A DNA stretch of 64,000 nucleotides from Armatimonadota bacterium (GTDB taxonomy: Bacteria; Armatimonadota; Chthonomonadetes; Chthonomonadales; CAJBBX01): contig JAPLCQ010000089.1 in the NCBI GenBank assembly GCA_026392115.1, positions 2,509 through 66,508 on the forward strand. Reading direction: 5' to 3'. Each line of letters starts with the position of its first letter. The first letter of the stretch is position 1. The notes under the pieces are model-generated. The model was not told where the DNA came from. It saw only the letters and a list, made by a program, of their open reading frames with translations, and did not search any database. A program made the translations under genes and the position numbers. Below, piece by piece: positions 27,332 through 41,142 of the stretch.

Positions 27332-31531
<4,200 letters not shown>

Positions 31532-31689
31532 GGATACAGCGAGCCACGCGCCGCGGCGACGTGCCTTGCTGAGGGTGAAGCGGCGCAGGCAAGCGGGCTG
31601 CGCACAGGCCGGCGGAAATCCAGTCGATCTCTGTGCCTGCCTTCCGTGTTTCGGGTTCGACGCTGCGGGCCGATTCTCCTCCGAAGCGT

Positions 31690-31703
31690 GTGGTGTACAC
31701 CAC
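31690..31703. promoter_or_regulatory. Perfect 14-bp palindrome GTGGTGTACACCAC (GntR/HutC-type operator-like)
   Basis: Lies in the intergenic region between the divergent kinase gene and the glycan operon. The core TGGTGTACACCA matches the tGGTnTAnACCa style of HutC/DasR-like sites. Confidence 0.4.
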
Positions 31704-31857
31704 GCCAAGTGTATCGTAGCACCCATCGGCGCACGGATCGAAGGGCTAACGGCCCGATAACGCCGGCCGATCGCTCCCGGACACGCGGGCCGGGTTGCAG
31801 GAAGCGGGCGCCGGGAAGGTGAACCTAGCCCGAGCACCGATGCCGTCGGAGGTCACC

Positions 31858-33075
31858 ATGCACGCCACGTTACGCATCGCCGCCCTGGCGGCGCTCACGC
31901 TCTGCGCCGGGCAGCTGCCCGCCCAGACTTCGGAGGTCCCCATGCTCAAGCCTGAGGAGTTCGTCATCCTGCCCTGGAGCTGGGCCAAGGGCAGCGTCGA
32001 GTATATGAAAGAGATTCGGGCCTGCGGCATGAACATGGCCGGGCTCGTGGATGTGAAGGACCTGGACGCCGTGAAAGCCGCCGGGCTGAAGTGCCTGGTC
32101 TTTGACGCATCCATCCATGCCGGCGACGCCGAGTGCGCGCTCTCCGCCGAGGAGATCGCCAAGCGGGTCGAGGCCGTGGCCGCCAGGATCAGGGGCCGTT
32201 CCGAGGTCTTCGGCGTCTACCTGCGCGACGAGCCCAGTTCGGCGGTCTATCCCGGCCTCGCGAAGTGGAGCGCGGCCGTGAAGAAGGCGGTGCCGGGGCT
32301 CATCCCGTACATCAACCTCTTCCCGAACTACGCCTCGCCCGACCAGATGGGCGTGGCGACCTATGACGAGTACCTGGCGAAGTTCATCGAGACCACGAAG
32401 GCGCCCTTCCTCAGCTACGACCACTACGCCCTCATGGACGACGGAACGCTGCGCGACGGCTACTTCCAGAACCTGGAGGCGGCCCGCAAGGCCTCGCAGG
32501 CGGCGGGCATCCCCTTCTGGAACATCGTGCTGGCCAACTGCCACTTCCACTACGCCGAGCCCACCCTGGGCGGATTGCAGTTCCAGGCCTACACCACGCT
32601 GGCCTACGGCGCCCGGGGCCTCTCCTACTTCACCTATACGGCGCCCGAGGTGGGCAACTACCGGCTCGCGCCCATCGACCAGTTCGGCAACAAGACGGCC
32701 ACCTGGGACCTGCTGCGCAACGTCAACAACCAGATTCACCGCGTGGGTCCGACCTACGTCAAGCTGAAGAGCGTCAACGTCTTCCACCACCCCAACGCGC
32801 CCAAGGGCTGCACCGGCATCGCCACGTCGAAGCACGTGGCCGAGCTGACCGGCGGCGACTTCGTGGTGGGCGAGTTCGAGGACGCGCAGGGCGCGCCGTA
32901 CGTGCTGGTGGTGAACAAGGACCTGCACCGGAGCACGGCCTTCTCGGTGAAGTTCAAGAAGGAGGGGCCCATCACCCAGGTGAACTGCTACACCGGCGCC
33001 CACAACGGCTGGGGCGGCGAGAACAACTGGCTGGCGCCCGGCCAGGGCATGCTGCTCTACGTCAAGAAGCCGTAG
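31858..33075 (+). CDS. Secreted putative glycoside hydrolase (TIM-barrel, GH42-like; family uncertain)
   Basis: ATG 31858 follows ggaggt, and a signal peptide is present. FLSYDHYAL, FWNIVLANCH and AYGARGLSYFTY are reminiscent of GH42-type barrels. Confidence 0.55.
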   Translation: MHATLRIAALAALTLCAGQLPAQTSEVPMLKPEEFVILPWSWAKGSVEYMKEIRACGMNMAGLVDVKDLDAVKAAGLKCLVFDASIHAGDAECALSAEEIAKRVEAVAARIRGRSEVFGVYLRDEPSSAVYPGLAKWSAAVKKAVPGLIPYINLFPNYASPDQMGVATYDEYLAKFIETTKAPFLSYDHYALMDDGTLRDGYFQNLEAARKASQAAGIPFWNIVLANCHFHYAEPTLGGLQFQAYTTLAYGARGLSYFTYTAPEVGNYRLAPIDQFGNKTATWDLLRNVNNQIHRVGPTYVKLKSVNVFHHPNAPKGCTGIATSKHVAELTGGDFVVGEFEDAQGAPYVLVVNKDLHRSTAFSVKFKKEGPITQVNCYTGAHNGWGGENNWLAPGQGMLLYVKKP

Positions 33076-33093
33076 GGCGAAAGGGAGACCGCC

Positions 33094-34263
33094 ATGTGGA
33101 TGATGGCCGCCGCGCTGGCGGCTTGCGCCGCGCCGGGCGCCTGGGACTCGGGCGCGGAGGCCCGAGCCGCCGAAAGCGTTCGCGGGGCGCCGCCGGCCGC
33201 TCCGTGGTCCTACCCCGTCGTCCGCAAGGGCGAGCTGGTGCGCCGCGGCAAGCCCTACCGCGCCGTGGGCGTCAACTACTTCGACTGTTTCTACAAGACC
33301 CTGACCGAGCCGGGCGACACGGGATATGAGCAGGGCTTCGCCGAGCTGGCCAAGCGCGGCATCCCCTTCGTGCGCTTCAACTGCGGCGGCTTCTGGCCCG
33401 TGGACTGGAAGCTCTACCGCGAGAAGCCGGAGGAGTACTTCGCCCTGCTCGACCGCGTGGTGCGGGCCGCCGAGCGGAGCCATGTGGGGCTGATCCCATC
33501 GGTCTGCTGGTACATGGCCACCTTCCCCGACCTCGTGGGCGAGCCCATGGACGCCTGGGGCGACCCGTCGAGCAAGACCATCGCCTTCATGCGGAGGTAC
33601 ACCCGCGAGCTGGTCACGCGCTACTCCAAGTCGCCGGCCATCTGGGGCTGGGAGCTGGGCAACGAGTACAGCCTGGCCGCCGACCTGCCCAACGCCTCGG
33701 AGCACCGGCCGCCGATCTGGGCCAACCTGGGCACCGCCGCGAGCCGATCAAAGCGCGACGACCTGACGCACGACATGATCCGCACCGCCTGCCGCGAGTT
33801 CGCGCTGGAGGTCCGCCGCCATGACAAGCGGCGCATGGTCATCTCCGGCAACAGCATGCCTCGCCCGACGGCCTGGCACCAGAAGAAGGAGCTGAGCTGG
33901 ACGGCGGACACGCCGGAGCAGTACCGCGAGATGCTCATCGGCGACAACCCGGACCCCATCGATACGCTCTGCGCGCACGCCTACGAGCCCGGCGACTTCG
34001 ACCGGCTGGCCTCGTCGATGCAGGCCTCCCGCACGTCGCGCAAGCTGCTCTACGTTGGCGAGTTCGGCATCCAGGGCGTGACGCCGGAGGTGATGGCCAC
34101 GTTCCGGTCGCAGCTGGAGCGCGTGGTGGCGTCGGGTTGCGCGCTGGCCTCCGCGTGGAACTTCACGCCCGCGGGCGATAACGGTTTCAACTTCGGCGTC
34201 GGCGGTCCCCGCGGCGCCATGCTCGAGGAACTGGCCCAGGCCAACCGCCGCCTGGCGCCGTGA
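33094..34263 (+). CDS. GH5-like glycoside hydrolase
   Basis: IWGWELGNEY is the GH5 acid/base NE motif, and LYVGEFG is a nucleophile-like motif. Confidence 0.7.
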   Translation: MWMMAAALAACAAPGAWDSGAEARAAESVRGAPPAAPWSYPVVRKGELVRRGKPYRAVGVNYFDCFYKTLTEPGDTGYEQGFAELAKRGIPFVRFNCGGFWPVDWKLYREKPEEYFALLDRVVRAAERSHVGLIPSVCWYMATFPDLVGEPMDAWGDPSSKTIAFMRRYTRELVTRYSKSPAIWGWELGNEYSLAADLPNASEHRPPIWANLGTAASRSKRDDLTHDMIRTACREFALEVRRHDKRRMVISGNSMPRPTAWHQKKELSWTADTPEQYREMLIGDNPDPIDTLCAHAYEPGDFDRLASSMQASRTSRKLLYVGEFGIQGVTPEVMATFRSQLERVVASGCALASAWNFTPAGDNGFNFGVGGPRGAMLEELAQANRRLAP

Positions 34264-34276
34264 CCCGGAGAAGCGC

Positions 34277-36556
34277 ATGCCCGTAGTCGTCGAGAACCCC
34301 TGCGTACCCGCGCCGCCCGCCCACTCCGACGGCGGCCGCGGCTCCACCGCACGCACGGCGCGGCTGGCCGCCGACGTGATCGATCACTGCTACGGTCCCT
34401 TCGTCGAGCTGCAGGCCCTGGGGGCCGCCTGCCCCGCGGCTCCCGAGGGCGAGCCGCTGATCCTGCGCCAGGCCCGGGGCTTCGCCTACGTCCACCCGCG
34501 CCAGACGCCGGTCATCCGCGAGGGCGAGCTCATCGTCGGCGCCCGCGTCCGCGCCCAGGAGGGGCCTCCCGGCGGGTGCTGGTACCCCGAGGGCTACACC
34601 TGGTACATCGAGCACTTCGCCCGCAACGCGCCGCCGGACCGGCCCGACCTGGCCGAGGCGGCCGGGCGCGGTCTCATCTCGCCGCAGGGCTCCTTCAACC
34701 ACAAGGTAGTGGACTACGCGGGCTTCATCCGCACCGGGTCGGCAGCGCTGGCCGCCCGCGCCCGGACCATGGCCGAGGAGCGGCAGGGCGACGAGCGCGC
34801 CTTCTGCGAGGCATTCGCCCTGGGCCATGAGGCGATGATGGAGCTTGCCGACACCTATGCCCGCGCCTGTGAGAAGCTGGCGGACTCGGGCACGGAGGCC
34901 CGAGCCACCGGAACCGCCCCGGCCACCGGCGAGGCCCGCGCCACCGGAACCGCCCCGGCCGGCGGCGAGGCCCGCGCCGCCGAGCTGCGCGAGATCGCCC
35001 GCATCTGCCGGAAGGTTCCCGCGGCCCCGGCCGAGACGCTGCACGAAGCGCTGCAGAGCTTCTGGTTCGCCTACCTTGTCGCCGGCGACGCCACGGGCCG
35101 CATCGACGTCTACTTGAACGACTTCTACCAGGCCGACCTCGCCGCCGGCCGGATCACCGAGGCCCGGGCGCAGGAGCTCATCGAGTGCCTGCTCATCAAG
35201 CTCCACGGCGACATCGTCGAGGGCGTGGTGAACGTCAGCTCCATCCAGACCATGACGCTGGGCGGCCTGCTGCCCGACGGGACCGACGGCTGCAACGACC
35301 TGACGCGGCTCTTCCTGCGGGCCATCCGAGCCGTGCGGCTCCTGCGCCCCACCGTCTACCTGCGCTGCACGCCGGATACGCCCGACGACCTGCTCGACGA
35401 GGCCATGGAGATGCTGGGCGAGGGCCTCACCGAGCCGAGCTTCTACGGCGACAAGCCCATCGTGGAGGGCCTCGCTCGGATCGGCGTGCCGCTCGAGCAC
35501 GCCCGCGACTACGCGCTCAGCGGCTGCACCGAGGTCGTCTCGCCCGGCCGGGGCAACTGGGGCGCCCCCAACGGGTGGATCAACCTGGCCCTGCTCACCG
35601 ACGAGGCCATCCGCCGCGCGGCCTCCGCCGGCGCCGGTCCCGACGCGCTCTGGTCCGCCGTGACCGAGCACGTGGAGCGCGTGGCCGACCTCTGCCGCGA
35701 CGCCAACACGTGGGTCGACGACCAGGTGAACGACACCCGCTACGCCGCCACGTTGCTCATGCCCTGCTGCCTCGACCGGTGCAAGGACGTGGCCCACGGC
35801 GGCGCGGAGACCTACTACGGCCACTGGGAGGCCATCGGCCTGCCCAACGCGGCCGACATGCTCTGCAACGCCCTCCGCGTGGCGAGCCATGGCCCCGGCG
35901 CGCTGATCGACGCCCTGGGCAGGCTGGACGCCGGGGACGCCGCCCTCACCGCGCGCCTGCGCCGGGGGCCGCGCTACGGCACGGGCGACGACGAGGTCGA
36001 CCAGATCGCCGAGCGGCTCATCGACCTGATGGCCGACGCGCTGGAGCGCCGATCGACGCCCCTCCGCACCAAGCTCGTGCTGGGGCACCTGGCCGGCGGC
36101 GAGAACATGCACATCGGCTGCGGCGCGGCCATGGGCGCCACGCTGGACGGTCGCAAGAAGGGCCAGACGCTGGCCGACTCCCTGGCCGGTTCGCAGGGCT
36201 GCACCCAGGCCGGACCCACCGCCGCCATCCGCTCGCTCTGCGCGCTGGACCACTCCAAGATGATCGCCGGCAACGTCTCCACGCTTCGGCTGCCGGCGTC
36301 CGACGTGGCCGACGCCGACGGCCGCGCCAAGGTGAAGGCCCTGGTCCGCGCCTTCGTGGCCATGGGCGGCAGCCAGTTGCAGATCAACTCGGTGGACGCC
36401 GCCACGCTCCGCGCAGCCCAGGAGCGGCCCGAGGAGCATCGCGGCCTGCTGGTCCGGGTGGCGGGCTACAGCGCCGACTTCACCAGCATCGGCAGGGCCC
36501 TCCAGGATGAGATCATCGCCCGGACGGAGGGCATCGCCGAGGAGGCGGCGCCATGA
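34277..36556 (+). CDS. Glycyl radical enzyme (PFL2/dehydratase-lyase type)
   Basis: The C-terminal LLVRVAGYSADFTSIGRALQDEIIART is the glycine-radical motif RVxGY. ALSGCTEVVSPG is a GC(V/T)E-type catalytic Cys loop. Confidence 0.85.
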   Translation: MPVVVENPCVPAPPAHSDGGRGSTARTARLAADVIDHCYGPFVELQALGAACPAAPEGEPLILRQARGFAYVHPRQTPVIREGELIVGARVRAQEGPPGGCWYPEGYTWYIEHFARNAPPDRPDLAEAAGRGLISPQGSFNHKVVDYAGFIRTGSAALAARARTMAEERQGDERAFCEAFALGHEAMMELADTYARACEKLADSGTEARATGTAPATGEARATGTAPAGGEARAAELREIARICRKVPAAPAETLHEALQSFWFAYLVAGDATGRIDVYLNDFYQADLAAGRITEARAQELIECLLIKLHGDIVEGVVNVSSIQTMTLGGLLPDGTDGCNDLTRLFLRAIRAVRLLRPTVYLRCTPDTPDDLLDEAMEMLGEGLTEPSFYGDKPIVEGLARIGVPLEHARDYALSGCTEVVSPGRGNWGAPNGWINLALLTDEAIRRAASAGAGPDALWSAVTEHVERVADLCRDANTWVDDQVNDTRYAATLLMPCCLDRCKDVAHGGAETYYGHWEAIGLPNAADMLCNALRVASHGPGALIDALGRLDAGDAALTARLRRGPRYGTGDDEVDQIAERLIDLMADALERRSTPLRTKLVLGHLAGGENMHIGCGAAMGATLDGRKKGQTLADSLAGSQGCTQAGPTAAIRSLCALDHSKMIAGNVSTLRLPASDVADADGRAKVKALVRAFVAMGGSQLQINSVDAATLRAAQERPEEHRGLLVRVAGYSADFTSIGRALQDEIIARTEGIAEEAAP
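34895..34979 (+). repeat. In-frame 36-bp tandem repeat (2.3 units) inside the GRE gene
   Basis: gaggcccg(a/c)gccaccggaaccgccccggcc(ac/gg)cggc occurs twice plus a partial third unit. It encodes EARATGTAPATG EARATGTAPAGG EARA. Confidence 0.9.
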
Positions 36557-39054
36557 GGCTGAGCCGTTTCGCCCTGTCGGCCGCGCTCTGCGCCGGAGCG
36601 CTTGCGTGCGGCCCCTCGCTGAGGGCCCAGACCGCATCGATCCGCGTCGATGCCGCGGCGCCGGGCATCAAGCTCAACCCGCGCATGTACGGCATCTTCG
36701 CCGAGGAGATCAACCACGGCGTCGACGGCGGCCTCTATGCCGAGATGGTGGCCAACCGCGCCTTCGAGGAGAGCCGCCCGCCGGAGGGCTTCACGCTTCG
36801 CGACGGACGCTGGAAGGACGCGGGCGGCCATGACGCGGGCTACGGTTTCGCCGAGGGCGAGGTCCCGAACTGGTCGCTCGTGCGCCAGGGCCAGGCCGAG
36901 GGCTCCATGCGCCTGCTCCGATCCGGCGGCCTGAACGCCAAGACGCCCTACTGCCTCGAGGTCACGGCGCAGCGGCTGGCCGGCGGGCGCGTGGGCGTGG
37001 CCAACACGGGCTGGTGGGGCATGGGCGTGAAGCCCGGCGCCCTCTACGACCTGAAGCTCTACCTGCGGGGCGCCGCCTCGCCGGGCCTCTCGGTGCGCCT
37101 CGAGGACGCCTCGGGCCGGGCCTGCTCCACCACGGCCATGCCGTCCGGCGGCGGGGCCGCATGGTCGGTGCGGAAGGCCGTCCTCAAGGGCACGCGCGCC
37201 GAAGCCGCCGCCCGGCTCGTGATCACGCTCACGAAGCCCGGTACGGTGGCGCTGGACTTCGTGTCGCTCTTCCCGCGCGACACCTGGAAGGGGCGGCCCA
37301 ACGGCCTGCGGCCCGATATCGCGCAGATGATCGCCGACCTGAAGCCCGGCTTCGTGCGCTTCCCCGGCGGCTGCGTGGTCGAGGGCGGCACGGTGGAGAC
37401 GGCCTACAACTGGAAGCTCACCGTGGGGCCGCCGGAGCAGCGGGAGGAGCAGTGGGGCGCCTGGGGCTACCGGCGCACGCACGGGTTGGGGCTCTACGAG
37501 TACTTCCAGTTCTGCGAGGACCTGCGCGCCGCTCCGCTCTGGGTCGGCTTCGTGGGCCAGAGCTGCATCTTCCGGCAGATGGAGAACGTGCCCATGGCCC
37601 AGATGGGCTGGGTGCGCGACGGCTTTCTGGACATCATCCAGTATGCCAACGGCCCGGCAGGCAGCAAGTGGGGCGCGCTGCGGGCCGCCGCGGGCCACGC
37701 GAAGCCCTTCGGCCTGGGCATGATGGAGATCGGCAACGAGAACGCCGGCCGCGAGTACGAGGAGCGCTACCGGTTCGTTCACGAGGCCGTGAAGAAGGCC
37801 GACCCCAAGATGGTCTGCCTGGCCGATACGTCTTTCCACGCCATGCCGCCCTCCCTCTTCGACATGAACGACGAGCACTACTACAACTCGCCGCAGTGGT
37901 TCATGGGCCAGTTCAACCACTACGACAACCGCGACCGCAACCGCCCGCCGGCCTACCTGGGCGAGGTGGCCGTGACCTCCGGCGAGGGCGGCGACCTGAA
38001 GGGCAACCTGCTGGCGGCCCTGGGCGAGGGCGTCTTCCTGCTGGGCTGCGAGCGGAACGGCGACGTGGTGCGGCAGGTGAGCTACGCGCCGCTGCTGGCC
38101 CACGTCGAGGGGCGCAGCGGCTGGCACGGGATGATCTACCACGACAGCGCCCGCGTCTTCGGCACGGCGTCGTACCACCTCTGGAAGATGCTGGGGACGA
38201 ACGTGCCCGCCGCCTCGCTTCCCACGAAGGTGGCGTACACTCCCGGCGACGAGAAGCCCATCAGCGGCCGCATCGGCCTGGGCACGTGGGACACCTCTGC
38301 CGAGTTCGCCGACATCCGCGTGGAGCGCGGCGGCGCGGCGCTGCCGTTGCCCGCGCCCGGCGACGGCTGGCGCAAGGAGGGCGGCCAGTGGCAGGTCGCG
38401 GACGGCGCCTACCGCCAGGCCGCCGTGGGCACCGGCTTCGCCTACGCGGGCGACGAGGGCTGGAGCGACACCAGCCTGTCGCTGCGCGCCCGCAAGCTGG
38501 GCGGCGCCGAGGGCTTCCTCATCGCGTTCGGCCACGCGGGAGCCGACCAGTACTGGTGGAACATCGGCGGATGGGGCAACCAGGAGCACGGCATCGAGTT
38601 CAACCGGTCTCCCGTGGGCAGGCGCGTGCCGGGCCGCATCGAGACCGGCCGCTGGTACGACATCCGGATCGAACTGGCCGGGCGGCGCATCCGCTGCTAC
38701 CTGGACGGCAAGCTGATCCACGACGAGACCGCGCCGAGCCTCAGCCGCTTCTTCGCGGTGGCGGGCCGCGACGACGTCCGCGGCGAGGTGGTGCTCAAGG
38801 CGATCAACACCGGCGACCAGCCCCTCCGAGCCGACATCGACCTGCAGGGCGTCGCGCCCGCAGGCTCCACGGCGCGGGTCGAGACGCTCACTTCGGGCAA
38901 CCTCACGGACAACAACTCGTTCGAGGCGCCGCTCAAGGTCTCGCCGCGCGCCTCCACCGTGCCGGTCTCCGGTCCCAGGTTCAGCCATACCTTCGCGCCG
39001 CGTTCGCTCACCCTATTGCGGGTGAAGGTGCGGCAAGCTCCCTTGCCGTTCTAG
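36553..39054 (+). CDS. GH51 alpha-L-arabinofuranosidase-like enzyme with extra N- and C-terminal domains
   Basis: Contains MYGIFAEEINHGVDGGLYAEMV, FVRFPGGCVVEG and MMEIGNEN. The ATGA overlaps the GRE stop. Signal peptide present. Confidence 0.8.
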   Translation: MRLSRFALSAALCAGALACGPSLRAQTASIRVDAAAPGIKLNPRMYGIFAEEINHGVDGGLYAEMVANRAFEESRPPEGFTLRDGRWKDAGGHDAGYGFAEGEVPNWSLVRQGQAEGSMRLLRSGGLNAKTPYCLEVTAQRLAGGRVGVANTGWWGMGVKPGALYDLKLYLRGAASPGLSVRLEDASGRACSTTAMPSGGGAAWSVRKAVLKGTRAEAAARLVITLTKPGTVALDFVSLFPRDTWKGRPNGLRPDIAQMIADLKPGFVRFPGGCVVEGGTVETAYNWKLTVGPPEQREEQWGAWGYRRTHGLGLYEYFQFCEDLRAAPLWVGFVGQSCIFRQMENVPMAQMGWVRDGFLDIIQYANGPAGSKWGALRAAAGHAKPFGLGMMEIGNENAGREYEERYRFVHEAVKKADPKMVCLADTSFHAMPPSLFDMNDEHYYNSPQWFMGQFNHYDNRDRNRPPAYLGEVAVTSGEGGDLKGNLLAALGEGVFLLGCERNGDVVRQVSYAPLLAHVEGRSGWHGMIYHDSARVFGTASYHLWKMLGTNVPAASLPTKVAYTPGDEKPISGRIGLGTWDTSAEFADIRVERGGAALPLPAPGDGWRKEGGQWQVADGAYRQAAVGTGFAYAGDEGWSDTSLSLRARKLGGAEGFLIAFGHAGADQYWWNIGGWGNQEHGIEFNRSPVGRRVPGRIETGRWYDIRIELAGRRIRCYLDGKLIHDETAPSLSRFFAVAGRDDVRGEVVLKAINTGDQPLRADIDLQGVAPAGSTARVETLTSGNLTDNNSFEAPLKVSPRASTVPVSGPRFSHTFAPRSLTLLRVKVRQAPLPF

Positions 39055-39125
39055 TACACTATGCTGCGGCGTCGCTCCGGCCCTTCGGTGCGGCGCCAAA
39101 GCCCTGCCTGGGAGTGGAAGCGTCC

Positions 39126-40187
39126 ATGATGTCGATCCGCCTGCGCCCGGCCGTCCTCGGCCTGGCCGCACTGCTATGCCTGGCCGCCGCCGGGCCGTCC
39201 AACGCCGAGGCCCCGCTGGCCCGAAGCCTGCGCGGCCGGCCCTACAAGATCGCCTACGAGTGCTACGTCGACGGCAACTGGGAGATCTACACCGCCAACG
39301 CCGACGGCACGCGGGCCCGCAACCTCACCCGCACGCCCGACGTACACGAGCACTATCCGCAGATTTCGCCCGACGGCCGATACCTCGCCTACTGCGTCGA
39401 CGTCGGCGAGGGGCGCGAGGCCGTCCGCAGCCTCTGGGTCCGCGCCATGCCCTCCGGCGCCCCGCGCAAGATCGCGGACTACGCCCGTGAGCCCTTCTGG
39501 AGCCCTGACGGCCGCACCCTCGGCTACCTGCCGCAGGAGTACCCGAAGTTCGACGTCATCGACTTCTACACGAAGGGGATGATGTTCTACGACATGCGGA
39601 CCGGCAAGACGCGGCCGCACCCGAACTCCGCCAAGATCCACCACCTCTACAACCCGGGGATGTCGCCCAACGGGAAGTGGATCGTGGCCACCGTCCATGG
39701 CGGCACGATGGGCTTCGGCCACGCCATCCTGCTCATCGAGGCCGGCGGCGCGCGCATCATCGACCTGAAGATCCCCGGCTGCCGCCCGACCCTGAGCCGC
39801 GACGGCAAGCAGATCACCTGGGGCGCATCGGACAACGAGGTGGCCGTGGCGCCGCTGGACACCGACGCCGAGACGCCGGCCGTGGGCGTCTGGACGCTGC
39901 ACATCAAGGACGAGAAGAACAAGATCTACCACAGCGACTTCTCGCCCGACGGCCGCTACGTGGCCATCAGCCGCGGCCCGGACAGCGAGGGCGACCTGAC
40001 CAAGAAGGTCTCGTTCCAGGCGGCCGCCGAGGTCTGCGGCGTCTACGCCAAGGGGTGGGACATCTTCGCCGTCTCGGCCAAGCGCAAGGGCGTCCTGAAC
40101 CTGCAGACGGCCGGCCCGGACGAACTGGCCCCGATCACCACCAGTGGCGACAGCAACAAGGAGGCGGCGTGGTACCGCATTCGTTGA
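39126..40187 (+). CDS. TolB-like PD40 beta-propeller protein (secreted)
   Basis: Repeated SPDGR(Y/T)LAY, SPNGKWIVA, SRDGKQITW and SPDGRYVAI motifs. ATG 39126 follows ggagtggaag. This is the terminal part of the spurious long ORF 37014..40187. Confidence 0.8.
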   Translation: MMSIRLRPAVLGLAALLCLAAAGPSNAEAPLARSLRGRPYKIAYECYVDGNWEIYTANADGTRARNLTRTPDVHEHYPQISPDGRYLAYCVDVGEGREAVRSLWVRAMPSGAPRKIADYAREPFWSPDGRTLGYLPQEYPKFDVIDFYTKGMMFYDMRTGKTRPHPNSAKIHHLYNPGMSPNGKWIVATVHGGTMGFGHAILLIEAGGARIIDLKIPGCRPTLSRDGKQITWGASDNEVAVAPLDTDAETPAVGVWTLHIKDEKNKIYHSDFSPDGRYVAISRGPDSEGDLTKKVSFQAAAEVCGVYAKGWDIFAVSAKRKGVLNLQTAGPDELAPITTSGDSNKEAAWYRIR

Positions 40188-41101
40188 TCCCGACCAACCG
40201 CCGTGCGGCGCTCGCCGCCTCCGCGCTGGCGCTCGCCCTGGCGGCCTTCGGCTGCGGCAAGGGCGCCGCGCCCGGCTCCGGCCCGGCCGGCGCGCCGCCC
40301 GTCGTGGTAAGCAAGTCCGGCGTGGAGATGGTTTCGCTGCCCGGCGGCAAGTTCACGATGGGCGCCGACCAGGGCAACCCCGACGAGGCGCCGGCGCACG
40401 AGGTGACCGTGAGCCCCTTCCTCATGGATCGAACGCCGGTGACGCACGCCATGTTCGCCAAGGCCCAGCTGCCCGATCCCAGCCACTGGCAGGACGACCC
40501 GTCCGGCCCCGTGGAACGCATCCGCTGGCGCGACGCCAAGGCCTACTGCAACGAGCGTTCGCGCCTCGAGGGCCTGACGCCCTGCTATGACGAGAAGACG
40601 CCGAACTGGGACTGCAACCTCGCCGTCGGCGGCTACCGCCTGCCCACCGAGGCCGAGTGGGAGTACGCCGCCCGGGCCGGCTCCGGTCAGGCCTACTCGT
40701 TCGGCGCCCGGGAGCAGCTCGCGCAGTACGGCTGGTTCGCCGACAACGCCGAGAAGAAGACCCACCCCGTGGGGCGGAAGAAGCCCAACGCCTGGGGCCT
40801 CCACGAGATGTACGGCAACGTGTCGGTCTGGTGCGAGGACGTTTACGATCCGGCCACCTACAAGTCGTCTCCGGCCAAGGACCCCACCGGCCCCGCGGCC
40901 ACGGAGAAGGACCCCAAGCGCGTCCTGCGCGGCGGCAACTGGAAGGCCACGGCCGACATGTGCCGCGCCTCGTTCCGGCAGGGCGAGCGCACCGGCGACA
41001 CCGACGCCTGCTTCGCCACCGACTTCGTGGGCATGCGCTGCGTTCGACGCGCCACGGCCGACGAGGTCGCCAAGCTCGCGCGGCCGAAGACGCGGGGGTG
41101 A
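40169..41101 (+). CDS. Formylglycine-generating-enzyme family (SUMF1/FGE domain) lipoprotein
   Basis: Contains YRLPTEAEWEYAARAG, GNVSVWCEDVY and RVLRGGNW. The lipobox is LAAFGC. A GTG start follows AAGGAGG and overlaps the previous gene by 19 nt. Confidence 0.8.
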   Translation: MVPHSLIPTNRRAALAASALALALAAFGCGKGAAPGSGPAGAPPVVVSKSGVEMVSLPGGKFTMGADQGNPDEAPAHEVTVSPFLMDRTPVTHAMFAKAQLPDPSHWQDDPSGPVERIRWRDAKAYCNERSRLEGLTPCYDEKTPNWDCNLAVGGYRLPTEAEWEYAARAGSGQAYSFGAREQLAQYGWFADNAEKKTHPVGRKKPNAWGLHEMYGNVSVWCEDVYDPATYKSSPAKDPTGPAATEKDPKRVLRGGNWKATADMCRASFRQGERTGDTDACFATDFVGMRCVRRATADEVAKLARPKTRG

Positions 41102-41142
41102 TCCGCAGCCAATGGCAGCGGCGGGGGAGGGGAGCGTAGGAA

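Noticed and set aside
31870-33705. 611-aa minus-strand ORF across the first two hydrolase genes
   Set aside because: Low-complexity composition (G/A/V/R/L-rich, many HH/RR runs). It is antisense to two ORFs with clear hydrolase motifs. Shadow ORF.
34187-38988. Two very long minus-strand ORFs (34187..36637 and 36466..38988)
   Set aside because: They are antisense to the glycyl radical enzyme and GH51 genes, which carry diagnostic motifs. Composition is Arg/Gly/Ala-biased. Shadow ORFs.
37014-39125. N-terminal two thirds of the 1057-aa ORF 37014..40187
   Set aside because: Only the part from ATG 39126 has protein-like sequence (PD40 repeats). The upstream part is an alternative frame of the GH51 gene and is Arg/Pro/Gly-rich.
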